Part shown: positions 54,334 to 63,214 of the stretch, in pieces
Position numbering within the stretch: the first letter of the stretch is position 1
Layout of the letters: each line of letters starts with the position of its first letter
From: an uncultured Clostridia bacterium
GTDB taxonomy: Bacteria > Bacillota > Clostridia > Oscillospirales > Ruminococcaceae
Reading direction: 5' to 3'
DNA: 64,000 bases
Assembly (NCBI GenBank): GCA_944386455.1
Contig: CALXBC010000003.1
Coordinates: forward strand, 29,872-93,871
Notes under the pieces: model-generated
Databases searched by the model: none
Told to the model about the DNA's origin: nothing
Seen by the model: only the letters and a program-made list of their open reading frames with translations
Made by a program: the position numbers and the translations under genes

Positions 54334-55746
54334 TTATAAAAACGGATGGATTTTCCCATCCGGAATGATACGGTAGATCCGCCTGATATATGGGATTGTC
54401 AGTTTCCCCGTGCCCTCAAACCGCAGGCGGTAATGCTCGCAGGGCGGAATCCTGACGCGCAGCTCCCGCGCGTCTGCATGCGTTATAGTCCCTTCAAAAA
54501 GCGTCTGCCATTCTCCGCTGTCAGCGGAAACAGACACACTGAGCGATACATTCTGTTCCGGCTGAACACGAAATGCAATGGCAGACAGCTTTTTCTTTCC
54601 CGGCTCTGTCTCGTACAGCTCCTGTGTCGTGAAATGCCAGGACACGGGAGCTGCGGCATGATCAAACCGCACAGGATCATAACGGTATATTGCCGCGCTG
54701 TTATCTGCTTTATCCAGAAAATAAATCTTTCCGCCATAGCTGCAGGCTGCGGCGACCGCACCGTTCTCCAAGGGCTCCCATAGTTTCGTCCACTCTCCGG
54801 ATGTGGAGTCATAGGAAAATTCGCCGATATAATAGGTATTGTCGAAGCCACAGGCGCCGCTTTGCGCGAGTCTGTCCGACAGCAGCGGGAGTTTTTGGGA
54901 AACAAGGACAGGGATCCCGCTGCCTGCATATGCCATAACGCCGCCTTCGGAAAGAAAATATAACACACCGTTGCAGACTGCGGCAGTACGCGGATTGATA
55001 CAGCCGATGTCAGCCGCTTTCACCAGTTCAAACGGTTTTTTCTCCTGATAAAGCAAATACATGGCATCCTTTTGAAAGAAAACCGGACGCGATTTGTACA
55101 GGATCCCGCAGGTAAAGCTGCGGCCCGGCATCAGGAGCTTCTGAGCGGCCAGCGGCTTCAGCGCGTCGCTGTCCTCTGTATATTTTTCCCAGTCCTCCAG
55201 GGAACCATAGTATCCGATGTGAAGCGCATCGTTTTGATAGATCATCAGCCGGTTGCGGTATGTCAGCATCCCGATTGAACCGAACGGCGGACTGCCAAGC
55301 AGGGCCGTCATATCAACACTTTGGGTTTGTGCACCGGCAGAATTAAAGCGGACCAGCCGGATGCTGCCCGATTTTTGCGCCAGAATCACCAGATCACCCA
55401 AAAAACAGGCGGCCGCCAGAATGCTTTCCCCGTTTTCCAGCGTAATACCGGCCTGAGCGGGGGAACCGTCCGCCGCAAAAAAACGGCGGACAACCGGCTG
55501 ACCGCCGCCCGGTATTTCCAGCATTTCGTGACCGTCCGGGGAGAGCAGGTCACAGCCGTCTCCAGGTGTTCCTGTCTGCTTTACCCGCGGATTACAGGCT
55601 GTTAGAACGGGAAAACCGGACGCCGAAATGCCGCAGCAGTCGGAAAGCGAGTCGTCAGATGCTCCCGGTCTGTTGTCCAGCCCGGAAAAGGCGGTTTCTG
55701 TTTTGATCGTCCGCTGGATTTGTTCCAGCTTTGGCAAAAAGAACAT
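54334..55746 (-). CDS. Beta-rich phage structural protein, P22 gp10-like (DNA-stabilisation/tail hub) by size, position and composition
   Basis: 470 aa, compared with 472 aa for P22 gp10. It occupies the same position after the capsid and adaptor genes. Propeller-like GVLYFLSEGG and GKIYFLDKA repeats. AAAGGAGAA Shine-Dalgarno. Confidence 0.45.
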   Translation of the reverse strand: MFFLPKLEQIQRTIKTETAFSGLDNRPGASDDSLSDCCGISASGFPVLTACNPRVKQTGTPGDGCDLLSPDGHEMLEIPGGGQPVVRRFFAADGSPAQAGITLENGESILAAACFLGDLVILAQKSGSIRLVRFNSAGAQTQSVDMTALLGSPPFGSIGMLTYRNRLMIYQNDALHIGYYGSLEDWEKYTEDSDALKPLAAQKLLMPGRSFTCGILYKSRPVFFQKDAMYLLYQEKKPFELVKAADIGCINPRTAAVCNGVLYFLSEGGVMAYAGSGIPVLVSQKLPLLSDRLAQSGACGFDNTYYIGEFSYDSTSGEWTKLWEPLENGAVAAACSYGGKIYFLDKADNSAAIYRYDPVRFDHAAAPVSWHFTTQELYETEPGKKKLSAIAFRVQPEQNVSLSVSVSADSGEWQTLFEGTITHADARELRVRIPPCEHYRLRFEGTGKLTIPYIRRIYRIIPDGKIHPFL

Positions 55747-55767
55747 GCCGTTCTCCTTTCTCCGGTG

Positions 55768-56073
55768 TTACCACAGGTTGACGTTTGAGTCGAACCGGAC
55801 CGGCGACTGTTCAAAGGAAATCCTTCGGAAAGCGGCTGCCGCGTTGTTGTACAGGATACAGTAATTGCTGTATTCCGCAAGATCGCCGCTGTAAAGAGCC
55901 AGCTGGCCTAAAACATAATACAGCAGCAGGTCTTCCTTATAGGCATTGCTGTTTTTATCATAGCTGTCTTCACAGGTTCTGGCGACCGCATCGTTGATAA
56001 AGCCAAGGAGCTCCTCATCCGTCAGCTCGGTCGGTCGGATCTTTTTGATTTTTTCGATCAGTTCGTCGTACAT
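55768..56073 (-). CDS. Phage head-tail adaptor/connector-like protein (101 aa)
   Basis: The helical N-terminus ...LTDEELLGFINDAVA... is typical of gp6-like connectors. The call rests on position and pattern only. Confidence 0.45.
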   Translation of the reverse strand: MYDELIEKIKKIRPTELTDEELLGFINDAVARTCEDSYDKNSNAYKEDLLLYYVLGQLALYSGDLAEYSNYCILYNNAAAAFRRISFEQSPVRFDSNVNLW

Positions 56074-56127
56074 TTTATCTTTGTGCCATACCGGTTATTG
56101 CGCCCGGTATTTTCCTTTCTTTTGATG

Positions 56128-56358
56128 TTAGTTTCGCCTGCCGATGGAATCGCTGACTTCGATCGCCAGCTGGGACTGTGCCTGTGCATGTTCAAGCACT
56201 TCGGCTACAGAGACGGGGACCTTCACATCCACACCGCGCTGGATCAGATAGACTCTGCCGTTGATGATGACCTGGACGTCTCTTTTGTAGCGGTCGCTGT
56301 CCTTATACAGCCGGATTGTTTTGGTTGCGGGTGCTTTTTCTTTGGTGTTTGCTGCCAT
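56128..56358 (-). CDS. Small phage protein (76 aa), possible head decoration or accessory protein
   Basis: Sits immediately downstream of the capsid gene after a leaky hairpin and has its own Shine-Dalgarno (GAAAGGAAGAA). Confidence 0.45.
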   Translation of the reverse strand: MAANTKEKAPATKTIRLYKDSDRYKRDVQVIINGRVYLIQRGVDVKVPVSVAEVLEHAQAQSQLAIEVSDSIGRRN

Positions 56359-56468
56359 ATGACATTCTTCCTTTCTGAATCAATGAAATAGTATCCCGCG
56401 GCCGGGTGGGACCGCGGGATGACAGATAAGATAAGCGGGCAGTCAGAATTTGTCTGTCTGCCTGATGC

Positions 56469-57638
56469 TTAGATTTCGTACTGCGACGCGGTCTCGACCC
56501 TTACCATGAAGGCATCGGTCAGGATGCAGGCCGTTTTGGTTGCCTTCCAGCCCACAGAGGAGCGCTGGTTGAGCGGATCGGCCGTACCTGCGGAGCCCTT
56601 TGGCTTGATGATCATTTCCAGACCGCCCCCTTCGATGCTGGTTGTGCCATAAGCGTCTGCGCCAAGGAACAGGGTGGAATAAATGTCGATTCCGTTGCTG
56701 CCGCCTTCACCCGGATAAATTATGGCGTTATCCTGTGCACTTACAGCGGTATCCAGCGTCAGCGCAGAAGCAGTGTTGGCAGTGACCTTCGCCCGGGTAT
56801 CGCCGATCAGGACATATCTGCCGGTCAGCGCATTTTCGGCGACCGTACCTCCGTCAAAGGAGACCGTAGCCGATGCGTTTACCTGTCCGTTGACGGTCAG
56901 CGTCCGGCTGTCGGAGGCGAGGTCATCTCCGTGGAAGATTTTTGCTTCTGATGTTTCAACGAACCGTACGCCGTAGAGCCTGCCGATCTCCCCGGCATAG
57001 ACGTTTTTGGGCTGATAGGTGTTGAGCGATTCCCACTTGGGATCGTTCATCAGGTCATAAGCCACATCCGGATGAATGATCGCAACATAATCGCCGTCGA
57101 TCCGCTTCGCGTTCATTCGCTTGAGGGTGGTAACTGCGCGTTTGACTGCCTTGACGGTCAGGACATCCTCTGCGGTCAGGGCTGACCGGGAGACTTTGCT
57201 GCCTTCTCCATACTGGACATTGGTGCCCCCGTTTAGAATTTCGCGGACAACACTGTCAAGCGACAGACCTGCCTGATCGCCCAGAACACGTCCCGCTTCT
57301 GCGATATTATAATCGACTGCGGTCATGTCCAGCAGATCGGAGGTGGTCACATAATCGCCGTATTGTTCTACTGTGGCAGAAACCTTTTCCCAGTCCAGAT
57401 TTTTTCCGTCAGGCGTCACACCCTCCGTCAGCGGCGTTGTAGTCTTGGGAAACGGGTTCAGCCGGCGGAATTCGATCGTTTTGCCGCTGTTTGGCGGAAT
57501 TGGCTTTTTCTGGCCGAACTGGTCATGTACCAGATTGGGCACAGCATTTTTGATGACAATTTTATCGTAAAAGGTTTTCATCTGCGGGGACATTTCCTTG
57601 CCGTCCCCGGTTTGAACGGTTGTGTTGACATTACTCAT
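56469..57638 (-). CDS. Major capsid protein, N4-gp56 family (HK97 fold)
   Basis: The N-terminus ...MKTFYDKIVIKNAVPNLVHDQFGQKKPIPPNSGKTIEFRRLNPF...PLTEGVTP... and overall length match this family. Confidence 0.8.
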   Translation of the reverse strand: MSNVNTTVQTGDGKEMSPQMKTFYDKIVIKNAVPNLVHDQFGQKKPIPPNSGKTIEFRRLNPFPKTTTPLTEGVTPDGKNLDWEKVSATVEQYGDYVTTSDLLDMTAVDYNIAEAGRVLGDQAGLSLDSVVREILNGGTNVQYGEGSKVSRSALTAEDVLTVKAVKRAVTTLKRMNAKRIDGDYVAIIHPDVAYDLMNDPKWESLNTYQPKNVYAGEIGRLYGVRFVETSEAKIFHGDDLASDSRTLTVNGQVNASATVSFDGGTVAENALTGRYVLIGDTRAKVTANTASALTLDTAVSAQDNAIIYPGEGGSNGIDIYSTLFLGADAYGTTSIEGGGLEMIIKPKGSAGTADPLNQRSSVGWKATKTACILTDAFMVRVETASQYEI

Positions 57639-57746
57639 GCTTATGTTTCCTTTCTTCGGTTCATGAAGCCGGAGAGAAAATTTTTCTCTCCGGCTTGCGG
57701 CTGCCAGGCTGAGAAGCCAGACACTTTCAGCAGGATGCGCACCTCT

Positions 57747-58379
57747 CTAAAAGGAAATGCTTTCCCCTCTTTGGACGCGCTCCAGAACGGCGTCGATCTC
57801 GTCATTGTTCATTGCGGCAACGTCCGGATGAAATGTCCCGGCAGTGCTTCCGGCCGCTGCATTCTCCGGCGGCCGGCTGCCTCTGGCCATAATATTGCAG
57901 ATGACGCGATGCTCTGCCTGTTCGGCGAGCCTGCGCGTAACATCTTTGAGGTGAAGCGCGTCATAGGCCTCCTTGACTGTAAAGCCCTGGGAAAGCAGAG
58001 CCAAAAATTTTGGATCTGCTGCCGTTTCAGCGGGATCGACCGTGTCATAGACGGAATCCTGCTGGGCCAGATCGGCCAGCTCTTTTGTCAATGTTTCCAT
58101 GCCTTGTCCATGCCGTGCGGCCGATGCCTTATCCGATTCACCAGACTGCGGCCATATTCCTTTCAGCAAGGATTCCAGCTGCTCCAGCTTTTCTGCGGTT
58201 TTTCTGGCGTTTTTGAGACGCTGTCCTAAAATTCTGTCAAAATGCTGTTGGTACTCCTCTTGCGTGGCAAATATTTTGAATGGTTTGCTTGGTTCGGGTA
58301 CACCGTCTGTCCCGGTAATGCTGCTTGCGGTGTCATTGGCGGCAGACTCTGTCTGCCGGTTTTGAAATTCTTCTGTCAT
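57747..58379 (-). CDS. Phage scaffolding protein
   Basis: Acidic, helical, about 210 aa, directly upstream of the capsid gene: ...FATQEEYQQHFDRILGQRLKNARKTAEKLEQLESLL... AAAGGAA Shine-Dalgarno precedes ATG 58379. Confidence 0.6.
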   Translation of the reverse strand: MTEEFQNRQTESAANDTASSITGTDGVPEPSKPFKIFATQEEYQQHFDRILGQRLKNARKTAEKLEQLESLLKGIWPQSGESDKASAARHGQGMETLTKELADLAQQDSVYDTVDPAETAADPKFLALLSQGFTVKEAYDALHLKDVTRRLAEQAEHRVICNIMARGSRPPENAAAGSTAGTFHPDVAAMNNDEIDAVLERVQRGESISF

Positions 58380-58649
58380 GACAAAATTCCTTTCTGCGTA
58401 TTGTTTGATACGGTGCTGAAGGGGGAGAGTCGTTTGGAGCTGCAACGGAAGTCTGCCGCCTGTCGGGAATGTTTGCCTAAACGGCGTGTTTGTCGGCTGT
58501 ATTCCGTTATATAAGGTGCTGTGCGCGGCGGTCTGCCCTTCCGCCGGCGATGCGTCCGGTTCCATAACGGTTCTCTCACTTTCTGCACCTTAACGATATC
58601 ATGAGGAGAAACGGACATGCAAGGACATCCTGAGTTTTGCATTTTAACG

Positions 58650-58690
58650 AAAAAATCAGCGTGCAAGATTTTCACTTGCACGCTGATTTT
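58650..58690. terminator. Bidirectional terminator; its stem is identical to that of the terminator at 61019-61055
   Basis: aaaaaatCAGCGTGCAAgattttcacTTGCACGCTGatttt. Confidence 0.8.
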
Positions 58691-58715
58691 CCATTCGGTT
58701 ATCTATAACGGCTGG

Positions 58716-60497
58716 TTATATTTTTCTTTTTCTGCGAACTGCCGGGAAGACGCCAATCGCCGTTATTGCAGCCAGAAGACCGGCCGCAGCACAGACCGGT
58801 GCTTCTGCACCTGTGTCAGGCTGCCCTTCTGTCGGTTTGCTTTCGGTATCTGCAGAGTCCGGACCTAATGCTGCAATCTGCTCTGTTTTTTGATACCCAC
58901 ATTCTGTGCAGGTCTGTACCTTTGTGCCTTCCTTTGTTTCGGTCGGTTCATCGGTCACAATCCAATCGCCGAACTTATGCGTTTCTTTTTCGGTTGTTTC
59001 GCCGCAGAATGTACATTCTTTCCAATGCTGGTTTTCATTTTGCTTCCATGGGGACCATTCATGCACATGCGTCCATTGAGCGGTGTAAACAGCATCGGCT
59101 GATACTGTTTCGGATACTGCCGGCGTCCAGCCGTCAAACCGGTAGCCGTCACGGGCAGGAGCGCCGTCAAATTCGGGAGTTTGCGCACCCTGCACCAGTC
59201 CGCTGTAAACCTGATCTTCAAAAATGTCCTCGTCTGCAACGCCGTCCGTATAAGTAACAGAAAAAGCCCTGACCAGCTCCCATTCCTTTTTGTCCTGACT
59301 GTCTTTTGGCATGATTACCGCGCCGATCTTGTTTTTTAAAGTAAACGTGCCGCTGCCGGATGCCCCGGCGGTAATGTATGTTCCCGGCTTTACGCCGTCG
59401 ATCACGTCTTCTCCCGTATCTTTTCCCGGTATGATTTCGATCATTGTTTCACCATGAACTGCACCTGGAACGGCAAATTTTGCTCCGGAGTCCATTATGA
59501 TGGTGCCGCCGCCGTAAAAATCTCCTGTAACTCCCTCGGAAAGAGAGTTCATCAGGCAAAGAGTTCCGCCCTTTGCGACGGACAGGTCGATGATGGATGC
59601 CGGATAGATGCCGCCGTCTTCCCAGCCGTCCCAAAAGTCTCCGTCCCCGCTTAGTGTGAGATATCCGCCGTCCCGGACTTCGAGTTTTCCCATGACGATC
59701 CCATAATTATAGCTGTCGATCCCCTTGATTTGTGTTGGATTGTCCGCAGAACCGTCAATAATATAGTATTCTGCATCTTTTCCACATTCACTGACGCCAA
59801 GACATTCCACAACTACGCCGCCGGATAGAAAAATTTCTGCATCCAGCCCGGTATTATCTGCAAATCCGTTGGGGATAATTTCTGTATACCGGCCGCTTTG
59901 GATTTGTATGGTGTTTCCGGCTTCTGGCTCCGTTGGAAGCGGGGGATAAATGGTGGCGCTGCCTGCCGCAACACATGGATAAGGCGTGTAAGAACTGTTT
60001 GGATAGGGCAGCATCGTCATGTTTGCGCCGATCGTCAGATCATGCCCGTTGGCGTATAGACTGAACATTCCGATACTGCTGGTGTTTTTGCTGCAGTCAA
60101 TGATCAGATTCTCCATAACCGTGTCTGCGCCAAAGGAAAGTGCTGTCATACTTGCTTCGCCGGGAATCAGTGTTCCGCGCTCATCCGTTTCGTCATAGTC
60201 TCCGGAAATGGTAACGGCCTTTTCTGACAGCGGAACAAAGGAATCCGGAACCGTGCTGGTCCCCGCGACAATAATTTTGCTTTCGTCCGGAACCAGCTCA
60301 TAAGCCTTTTCCCAAGTTTTTACTGCGGTCTGAACACTGCTGCCGTCATTGCTGTCGTTCCCGCTGTCGCTGATATAAACCACAGCAGCTTCATTAGACT
60401 GAGCATAGGCAATGCCTCCTGCCGCTGTAATCATAAGTGCAAGACAGAGACATGCCGCCCAAAAGCGCCTGAGAGGAATTTCCTTTTTCATAATCAT
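58716..60497 (-). CDS. Cell-surface protein with signal peptide, beta-helix-like region, Listeria/Bacteroides-type repeat and C-terminal sorting-signal-like anchor
   Basis: Signal peptide ...LCLALMITAAGGIAYAQS. Repeat RDGYRFDGWTPAVSETVSADAVYTAQW. The C-terminus is QPDTG, then 24 hydrophobic residues, then RRKRKI. Confidence 0.75.
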   Translation of the reverse strand: MIMKKEIPLRRFWAACLCLALMITAAGGIAYAQSNEAAVVYISDSGNDSNDGSSVQTAVKTWEKAYELVPDESKIIVAGTSTVPDSFVPLSEKAVTISGDYDETDERGTLIPGEASMTALSFGADTVMENLIIDCSKNTSSIGMFSLYANGHDLTIGANMTMLPYPNSSYTPYPCVAAGSATIYPPLPTEPEAGNTIQIQSGRYTEIIPNGFADNTGLDAEIFLSGGVVVECLGVSECGKDAEYYIIDGSADNPTQIKGIDSYNYGIVMGKLEVRDGGYLTLSGDGDFWDGWEDGGIYPASIIDLSVAKGGTLCLMNSLSEGVTGDFYGGGTIIMDSGAKFAVPGAVHGETMIEIIPGKDTGEDVIDGVKPGTYITAGASGSGTFTLKNKIGAVIMPKDSQDKKEWELVRAFSVTYTDGVADEDIFEDQVYSGLVQGAQTPEFDGAPARDGYRFDGWTPAVSETVSADAVYTAQWTHVHEWSPWKQNENQHWKECTFCGETTEKETHKFGDWIVTDEPTETKEGTKVQTCTECGYQKTEQIAALGPDSADTESKPTEGQPDTGAEAPVCAAAGLLAAITAIGVFPAVRRKRKI

Positions 60498-60611
60498 TGT
60501 TCTTTCATTGATATTTTTACTGCACATCATCAGAGGCAGTAGAAAAGCGAAAAAGAAACAATTTAAAATTATTACTATAAGTGTATTTTAAAACAAAAAC
60601 ACAATTATGTC

Positions 60612-60627
60612 AAGTGTAAATACACTT
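60612..60627. promoter_or_regulatory. Candidate operator palindrome between the divergent surface-protein and XRE genes
   Basis: AAGTGTA-aa-TACACTT, with a related half-site AAGTGTATTT at 60579-60588, in a very AT-rich spacer. Confidence 0.4.
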
Positions 60628-60687
60628 GTAATAGCTTAATTACTATTGGCATTTCCGATAATCTATTAATAAGGAAGTGATGCTCTG

Positions 60688-61020
60688 ATGGTAAATGATT
60701 ACTCTCTCATCGGCAGACGTCTGGCAGCTTTTCGCAAGGGAAAGAAGCTGACACAGGAAAAGCTGGCCGAACGCACGGACCTTGCTAATAACTATATATC
60801 CAATATCGAAAACAACCGGTCTATTCCAAGCTTGGAGACTCTCGTCAAGCTCTGTACTGCTTTGGATATTACGCCGAATGATTTGCTGATTGGAACGTCT
60901 AATATTTCCAAAGACTATTTGACGGATGAATTATATGATAAGATCAAAAACTGTACCCCAAAGGAAAAAAGACTGATTGACGGATTCATTCAATTGCTGA
61001 TGACGGAACGGGATAAATAA
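60688..61020 (+). CDS. XRE-family HTH transcriptional regulator (110 aa), low GC
   Basis: IGRRLAAFRKGKKLTQEKLAERTDLANNYISNIENNRSIPSLETLVKLCTALDITPNDLL. Confidence 0.88.
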   Translation: MVNDYSLIGRRLAAFRKGKKLTQEKLAERTDLANNYISNIENNRSIPSLETLVKLCTALDITPNDLLIGTSNISKDYLTDELYDKIKNCTPKEKRLIDGFIQLLMTERDK

Positions 61021-61055
61021 AAACAGCGTGCAATTCAAAATTGCACGCTGTTTTT
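61019..61055. terminator. Bidirectional terminator shared by the XRE gene and the convergent radical SAM gene
   Basis: aaaaaCAGCGTGCAAttcaaaaTTGCACGCTGttttt. Confidence 0.8.
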
Positions 61056-61971
61056 AACATCCCTGTCCGTCAAACAGCGGGATGAAGCTTTCCTCCGCCG
61101 TCCCTTCCTCCTGAATGAAGCCGTTTTCCACGCCAAGCTCCACCGCGTAGTCCACCAATGCATCGTAGTCCCGCTGCGGGACTTTACAGTTGATTTCAGG
61201 ATAAGCCTTTGCCCGCGCAAACGGGGTATATTGGTTCATCAGACTGATATAAATCCGGTTCCCATACCGTTTGTGCAGATAACGCAGAATCTCCCGCGTT
61301 TCCTCATAGTGCCCCGGCAGGATCAGATGGCGGACGATTACCCCTCTTTTCATCATGCCGTCCTCATCAAAGGACGGGAGCCCCGCCTGTTCTGTCATGA
61401 TGTCCAGCGCGGCTTTCACCACGTCTGCATAATCGCCTGCCGCAGAATAACGGGAGGCAGAGCCGGCAGACGCATATTTGAAATCGGGCAGATAGATATC
61501 CACATGGGAGTCAAGCAGACGGAGCGTTTCCGCCCGCTCATAACCGCTTGTGTTGTATACTACCGGCAGGGACAGCCCGTCTGCTTTAGCGGCGTCCAGT
61601 GCGGTGATGATTTGGGGAACATAGTGGGTCGGGGTGACAAGGTTGAGATTGTGCGCACCTTTTTTCTGCAGCTCCAGAAAAATTTCGGCAAGGCGGGAGA
61701 GCGTGATCTCCTTTCCGAGGTGATCATGGCTGATCTGACTGTTTTGACAATAAACGCATTGTAGGGTACAATAAGAGAAGAACACCGTTCCGGAGCCGCG
61801 TTCTCCCGACAGACACGGTTCTTCCCAGTAGTGGAGCGACGCCCGGCCGACTCTGACCGTGCTGTCTGCACCGCAGAAGCCGCGTTCTCCTTTGTTTCGG
61901 TTGACGCCGCAGCAGCGGGGGCAAAGACGGCAATGATTGAGCAGTTCCAGCATGGATATCATCCTTTGCAA
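61054..61971 (-). CDS. Radical SAM protein, PflX-like (putative glycyl-radical-enzyme activase family)
   Basis: CRLCPRCCGVNR N-terminal Cys cluster and CTLQCVYCQN (CX3CX2C). Confidence 0.82.
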   Translation of the reverse strand: MQRMISMLELLNHCRLCPRCCGVNRNKGERGFCGADSTVRVGRASLHYWEEPCLSGERGSGTVFFSYCTLQCVYCQNSQISHDHLGKEITLSRLAEIFLELQKKGAHNLNLVTPTHYVPQIITALDAAKADGLSLPVVYNTSGYERAETLRLLDSHVDIYLPDFKYASAGSASRYSAAGDYADVVKAALDIMTEQAGLPSFDEDGMMKRGVIVRHLILPGHYEETREILRYLHKRYGNRIYISLMNQYTPFARAKAYPEINCKVPQRDYDALVDYAVELGVENGFIQEEGTAEESFIPLFDGQGC

Positions 61972-61990
61972 AAAAGTGGGGGAAGTATAT

Positions 61991-62545
61991 ATGAAGCTGT
62001 ATCATGGCAGTTCGATCAGGGGACTGACGCAGCTGTGTCCTTTTCTGTCTGAACATGGCAGGCCATATTTGTATCTTTCATCCAGTATCGTGGTCGCGGG
62101 TTTTTACACGGTTTGGCGTGTGGAACGTCCTTACAGCTGGTTCCCATATGGATTCTCCGATGGCGTTCCCATATATACAGAGTATTATAAAAATGCCCTG
62201 GCGGATGTTTACCGCGGCAGGCAGGGATATATTTATCATTGCAGTCCTGCCGGGGCGCTGGAAAACCCGACCGGGATTGAGCAGGTACTGGTATCAGAAC
62301 AGCCGGTCGATGTGGCCGGCGTATTGGAGATTGCGGATATGTACCGCTGGCTTTTGGAGCAGGAACAGGCGGGAGCGCTTCTCGTCCGGCGGTATGAAGC
62401 ATTAACAGAGCGGGAGCTGCTTGGCATCGAACAGCTGATAGCAAAGGAAATCCGTGTTCACAGGCTGATAGAGAACCCGCAAAACAGCTATGCGCGGTTT
62501 CTTGCTGAAAGATTCCCCCAAATTTGGACACAGGAAACTGTTTAG
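61991..62545 (+). CDS. Hypothetical protein (184 aa)
   Basis: MKLYHGSSIRGL... start with GGGGGAAG Shine-Dalgarno. No confident family assignment is possible by eye. Confidence 0.5.
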   Translation: MKLYHGSSIRGLTQLCPFLSEHGRPYLYLSSSIVVAGFYTVWRVERPYSWFPYGFSDGVPIYTEYYKNALADVYRGRQGYIYHCSPAGALENPTGIEQVLVSEQPVDVAGVLEIADMYRWLLEQEQAGALLVRRYEALTERELLGIEQLIAKEIRVHRLIENPQNSYARFLAERFPQIWTQETV

Positions 62546-62573
62546 GTCTCTTTTCAGGAAAGGAAGAACGAAC

Positions 62574-63173
62574 ATGAAGAAAGTAAAATGGCGCGGCGGC
62601 GCCCTTCTGGCGCCTTTGCCGCCGGTGCTGGTCTCCTGCGGGACGGCGGAAAAACCAAATGTGTTCACGGTCGCCTGGACAGGGATCATCAGCACCATTC
62701 CGCCGAAAACCTATATTTCCGTTCGCCCTTCCCGCTTTTCGTATGGGCTGATTCGGGAATCGGGAGAGTTTGTCATCAACCTTGCGACGGCGGAGTTGAT
62801 CCGTGCCGTTGACTACTGCGGCGTCCGTTCCGGCCGGGACGTCGATAAATTTGAACAGATGCATCTGACGCCCATGCCGGCAGGAGAAGTGTCCGCGCCG
62901 CTGATCGGCGAGTGTCCCTTATCATTGGAATGCCGCGTCACACAGGTGATTCCGCTCGGTTCCCATGAGATGTTTCTGGCGGATATTCTGGCTGTACAGG
63001 TAGACGAGCGGCTGCTTGACGCAAACGGTAAGCTGCATCTAGACCGCTGTGGGCTGGCAGCATTTGCACACGGCGAGTATTTTGAACTGGGACGGAAAAT
63101 CGGGTCATTCGGCTTTTCTGTCCGCAAAAAGCCCCGCAAAACAGGAAAAAAACGAAAGGGTGCGCTAAAATAG
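62574..63173 (+). CDS. Flavin reductase-like (FMN-binding split barrel) protein
   Basis: ...PPVLVSCGTAEKPNVFTVAWTGIISTIPPKTYISVRPSRFSYGLIRESGEFVINL..., typical of flavin reductase domain proteins. AAAGGAAG Shine-Dalgarno. Confidence 0.8.
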   Translation: MKKVKWRGGALLAPLPPVLVSCGTAEKPNVFTVAWTGIISTIPPKTYISVRPSRFSYGLIRESGEFVINLATAELIRAVDYCGVRSGRDVDKFEQMHLTPMPAGEVSAPLIGECPLSLECRVTQVIPLGSHEMFLADILAVQVDERLLDANGKLHLDRCGLAAFAHGEYFELGRKIGSFGFSVRKKPRKTGKKRKGALK

Positions 63174-63214
63174 CAGGAGCATCGTCCCGTCTGCCGGCAG
63201 ACGGGACGATTTTT

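Larger units (their letters stand above)
54145..58379 (-). mobile_element. Prophage remnant: isolated P22-like head/neck morphogenesis module
   Basis: Gene order is scaffold, major capsid, 76 aa, 101-aa adaptor-like, 470-aa gp10-like, 53-aa coiled coil. There is no portal, terminase, integrase, tail fibre or lysis gene on either side. Confidence 0.7.

Noticed and set aside
54145-61020. Reading the phage-like module plus the surface-protein/XRE islet as one intact prophage or PICI-like satellite.
   Set aside because: There is no integrase, replication, packaging (terminase or portal), lysis or att repeat evidence. The XRE gene is separated from the phage-like genes by an unrelated surface protein and strong terminators.
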